Shown piece after piece: positions 61,757 through 64,000 of a stretch of 64,000 nucleotides of DNA. Each line of letters begins with the position of its first letter. Position 1 is the stretch's first letter. The DNA is from Hydrolagus affinis (lineage: Eukaryota): NCBI GenBank assembly GCA_012026655.1, contig JAAILG010001293.1, forward strand, positions 1-64,000, written 5' to 3'. The notes under the pieces are model-generated. The model saw nothing but the letters and a program-made list of their open reading frames with translations. It made no database searches and was not told the origin of the DNA. A program made the position numbers and the translations under genes.

Positions 61757-62677
61757 TTGCCAGGATAATTTCTATTAATTTGTCTCTACAGAATCAATGC
61801 TTATTGGCTCTGTTTTGCCATAGTGGGTGGTGATGAGGGCTCCGTACTTTATTCACACAGACTACAACTGGGCTCTGAAAATGTAAAGAGGAACTTGGTC
61901 CAAAGTTCTTGGGTCTCCATTGTGTCACACTGACTTGTCATTGAATCTAAATGCAGAGGAACCATTATCGGCTGGCCCTTAAAAGATGGCAGCAAACATT
62001 TTCTCTCGTTCTAAATCAAACACTTTCTTTCAGTTATAACACCTATGTCAATATTTTAAAGAGATGGATTATATCCCTCCTCCTCTCCAAATATGGTGAT
62101 GGGTCCTTAACTCCCATCTGATGAGTGTTCGAATTAACATCTCATTTGAAAGACAGTGACTGACAATACGATGTTTCCCCCCACCCTTTTAACAAAATAC
62201 TACTGGTATTAATTCTCCCTGGCCTCCTTCACAGAGGCGTTTTTAAGACTTCAAACTACTCGGTGCAATTTTCTTAGTCACTGACGATAAGTTTAATAAG
62301 TGCGTATGCGCATTGCCCACCCAATACGAGGGGCCCGTCAGTGCGTTGCACCGACGTTAAAAGCTCCTCTGCTCTCCCTCAAGTCCTGCTCTCCCTCAAG
62401 AGACCCATCTCTTTGACGGTTCCATCAGTCACCACAAATCCCCTCCTGTCCCTCCACTCTCCCCAATCCCGACCCCAGCTCGGGTCCGCAGCGGAATGCC
62501 CAGCGCCTTGGGACGTTATGTAATTACACATGTTATTTTGTTGTTTGTGTGCGACATAACATCACTGCTCAAATTAGCTGCTGCTGCCTTTTTGGCTACA
62601 AATGGTCACTACACTTGACTCAATATATAATATATATAATACTATAATGAGACTTTTCTACATTATAGTACAGTGAA

Positions 62678-62872
62678 GGCCATGTGGTGGCGCTGTGACT
62701 GTGGGTGGGGGGGTTCCGCGGGGGGGCGCTGTGACTGGTGGTACGCAGTGGGGCGCTGGAGGTGGGAGGGGCCGCGGGGGGGCGCTGTGACTGGAGGGGC
62801 CGCGGGGGGCGCTGTGACTGGGGGGGGGGACGCGGGGGTCGCTGTGACCGCGGGGGGGCGCTGTGACTCCGG
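62678..62872. repeat. GC-rich minisatellite in ZDHHC18 promoter/CpG island
   Basis: About six copies of G(n)GCGCTGTGAC at ~62690, 62726, 62782, 62809, 62841, 62858. Confidence 0.8.
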
Positions 62873-63031
62873 GGCCGGGCTTCTGTTGTTCGCGGTGAGA
62901 CCTGGGGCTGGAGCCGGAGCCGCGCCCGGGATTTTGTGTCTGCACCGGGACAAGAGCCAGGGAGGAGAGAGAGAGAGAGTCTGGGGGCAAGGAGACCGGA
63001 AGCCGCCGGTTGCGATGTTCAGGCCGGCGCC

Positions 63032-63252
63032 ATGAAGGAGTGCGAGTACCGGCAGATCGCGCTAGGCCCGGCCTCAGCCTCGGGTCCGGGCGCCGCTGCT
63101 GGGAAGCGGCCTCACCGCAGGAAGTGGGAGACGTTCCCCGGCAGGAATCGCTTCTGCTGCGACGGGCGTCTGATGAGCGGCCGCCTGAGCGGCGCCTTCT
63201 GCCTGACCCTCGGCCTCATCCTCGTCACCAGCGGCCTCTTCTTTGCCTTTGA
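63032..63252 (+). CDS. ZDHHC18: Palmitoyltransferase ZDHHC18 exon 1
   Basis: GCC ATG A; MKECEYRQI...[20 protein letters not shown]...LFFAF GA|gtgagt; position after PIGV. Confidence 0.88.
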
Positions 63253-63381
63253 GTGAGTGAAAGCCGGCCCGGTGTAGTGACTGTGTGCAGTGATGTAGGG
63301 TTGGTGTAGTGACTGTGCAGTGATGTAGAGATGTCCACCATTCATAGACATGTAACCAGGCAGCAAGAGGCCACTTGGCCC

Positions 63382-63698
63382 ATAATAATAATAATAATAA
63401 TAATACTTGCATTTGATACAGTGCCTTTTGCGTTTTCTAAACGTCTCAAAGCGCTTCACAGAATTCACTGTAAAGTGAAGTGACTGTGTATTTATTGGTG
63501 AAACGCGGCAGCTGATTGCGTTCCGTCCCCACAAACAGTCGTTGGATTGAATTGACCAATTTGTTAATTGTCTTTTTCCCCCCCGAGGGATTATTATCAG
63601 ACGTGACGAGTAAGGAAACTTCCCCAGTGATTTCTCCCTGCCTGAAATTGAGCCCAGGTCTCTTGTTTAAAAGATGAACCATTGAGCTATGGGACACC
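63382..63698 (-). mobile_element. tRNA-derived SINE in ZDHHC18 intron 1
   Basis: (AAT)n TACTTGCATTTGATA...TCTCAAAGCGCTTCACAG, same family on the minus strand. Confidence 0.8.
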
Positions 63699-63951
63699 AT
63701 AGCTTCTGTCCTGTAACTTCTGATCCTGTGTATTTTATTACATTAGGCTAAGGCGGGATGCAATGTGGTGTGGTACAGGCCTGTGCTGGCTTTAGTTTTC
63801 ATCACACTGAGATGGCTTTGGGATATGTGCTGGACGGAGCCAGCAGCAGCTCTATATAGGACAAGGAGCTTTATTCATATCTGTGTGTGACCCAGACGGG
63901 GGTCTCGGGCCGAGTGTTTCCAGGCGGTAACCAGATTCATTTTGTTTGCAG

Positions 63952-64000
63952 CTGTCCTTACCTGACACAGCACCTGACTCTCGCCATCCCGATCATCGCT
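63952..64000 (+). CDS. ZDHHC18: ZDHHC18 exon 2 (truncated by window end)
   Basis: tttgcag|C completes Asp; CPYLTQHLTLAIPIIA resembles human CPYLARKLTLAIPIIA. Confidence 0.88.
   Translation, partial: MSLPDTAPDSRHPDHR

Noticed and set aside
62678-62872. CRISPR-like repeat-spacer pattern
   Set aside because: Eukaryotic context; spacers are degenerate G-runs of irregular length, i.e. a minisatellite
63032-64000. ZDHHC14 or ZDHHC9 rather than ZDHHC18
   Set aside because: The MK(D/E)CEY start excludes ZDHHC9; LTLAIPIIA and position after PIGV favour ZDHHC18

Overview
Vertebrate genomic DNA, most likely from a cartilaginous fish (inferred from the repeat content: Deu-domain tRNA-SINEs with L2-type tails, L2 and CR1 LINE remnants, Penelope-type hairpin elements). 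Three + strand genes lie in the order known from human 1p36.11. ARID1A is complete: 20 coding exons, 602-49744, about 2071 aa, with all splice phases compatible. PIGV is complete: 3 coding exons, 56804-59972, about 501 aa. Only the first two exons of ZDHHC18 are present (63032 to the window end). There is a 151-N assembly gap at 50722-50872. The most interesting features not explained by the gene models are in the two large ARID1A introns: (i) a 62-codon Cys-rich ORF ending on a strong phase-0 donor that could splice in frame to exon 5, (ii) a promoter-like block with a Kozak-context small ORF in intron 1, and (iii) a 137-nt poison-exon candidate. Also notable are a short Penelope-type insertion with a 14-bp TSD that starts at a minimal hammerhead ribozyme core, a hAT MITE with TIRs and an 8-bp TSD, and a uORF overlapping the ZDHHC18 start. 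Orthology and repeat-family calls rest on recalled sequence knowledge; no database search was run.
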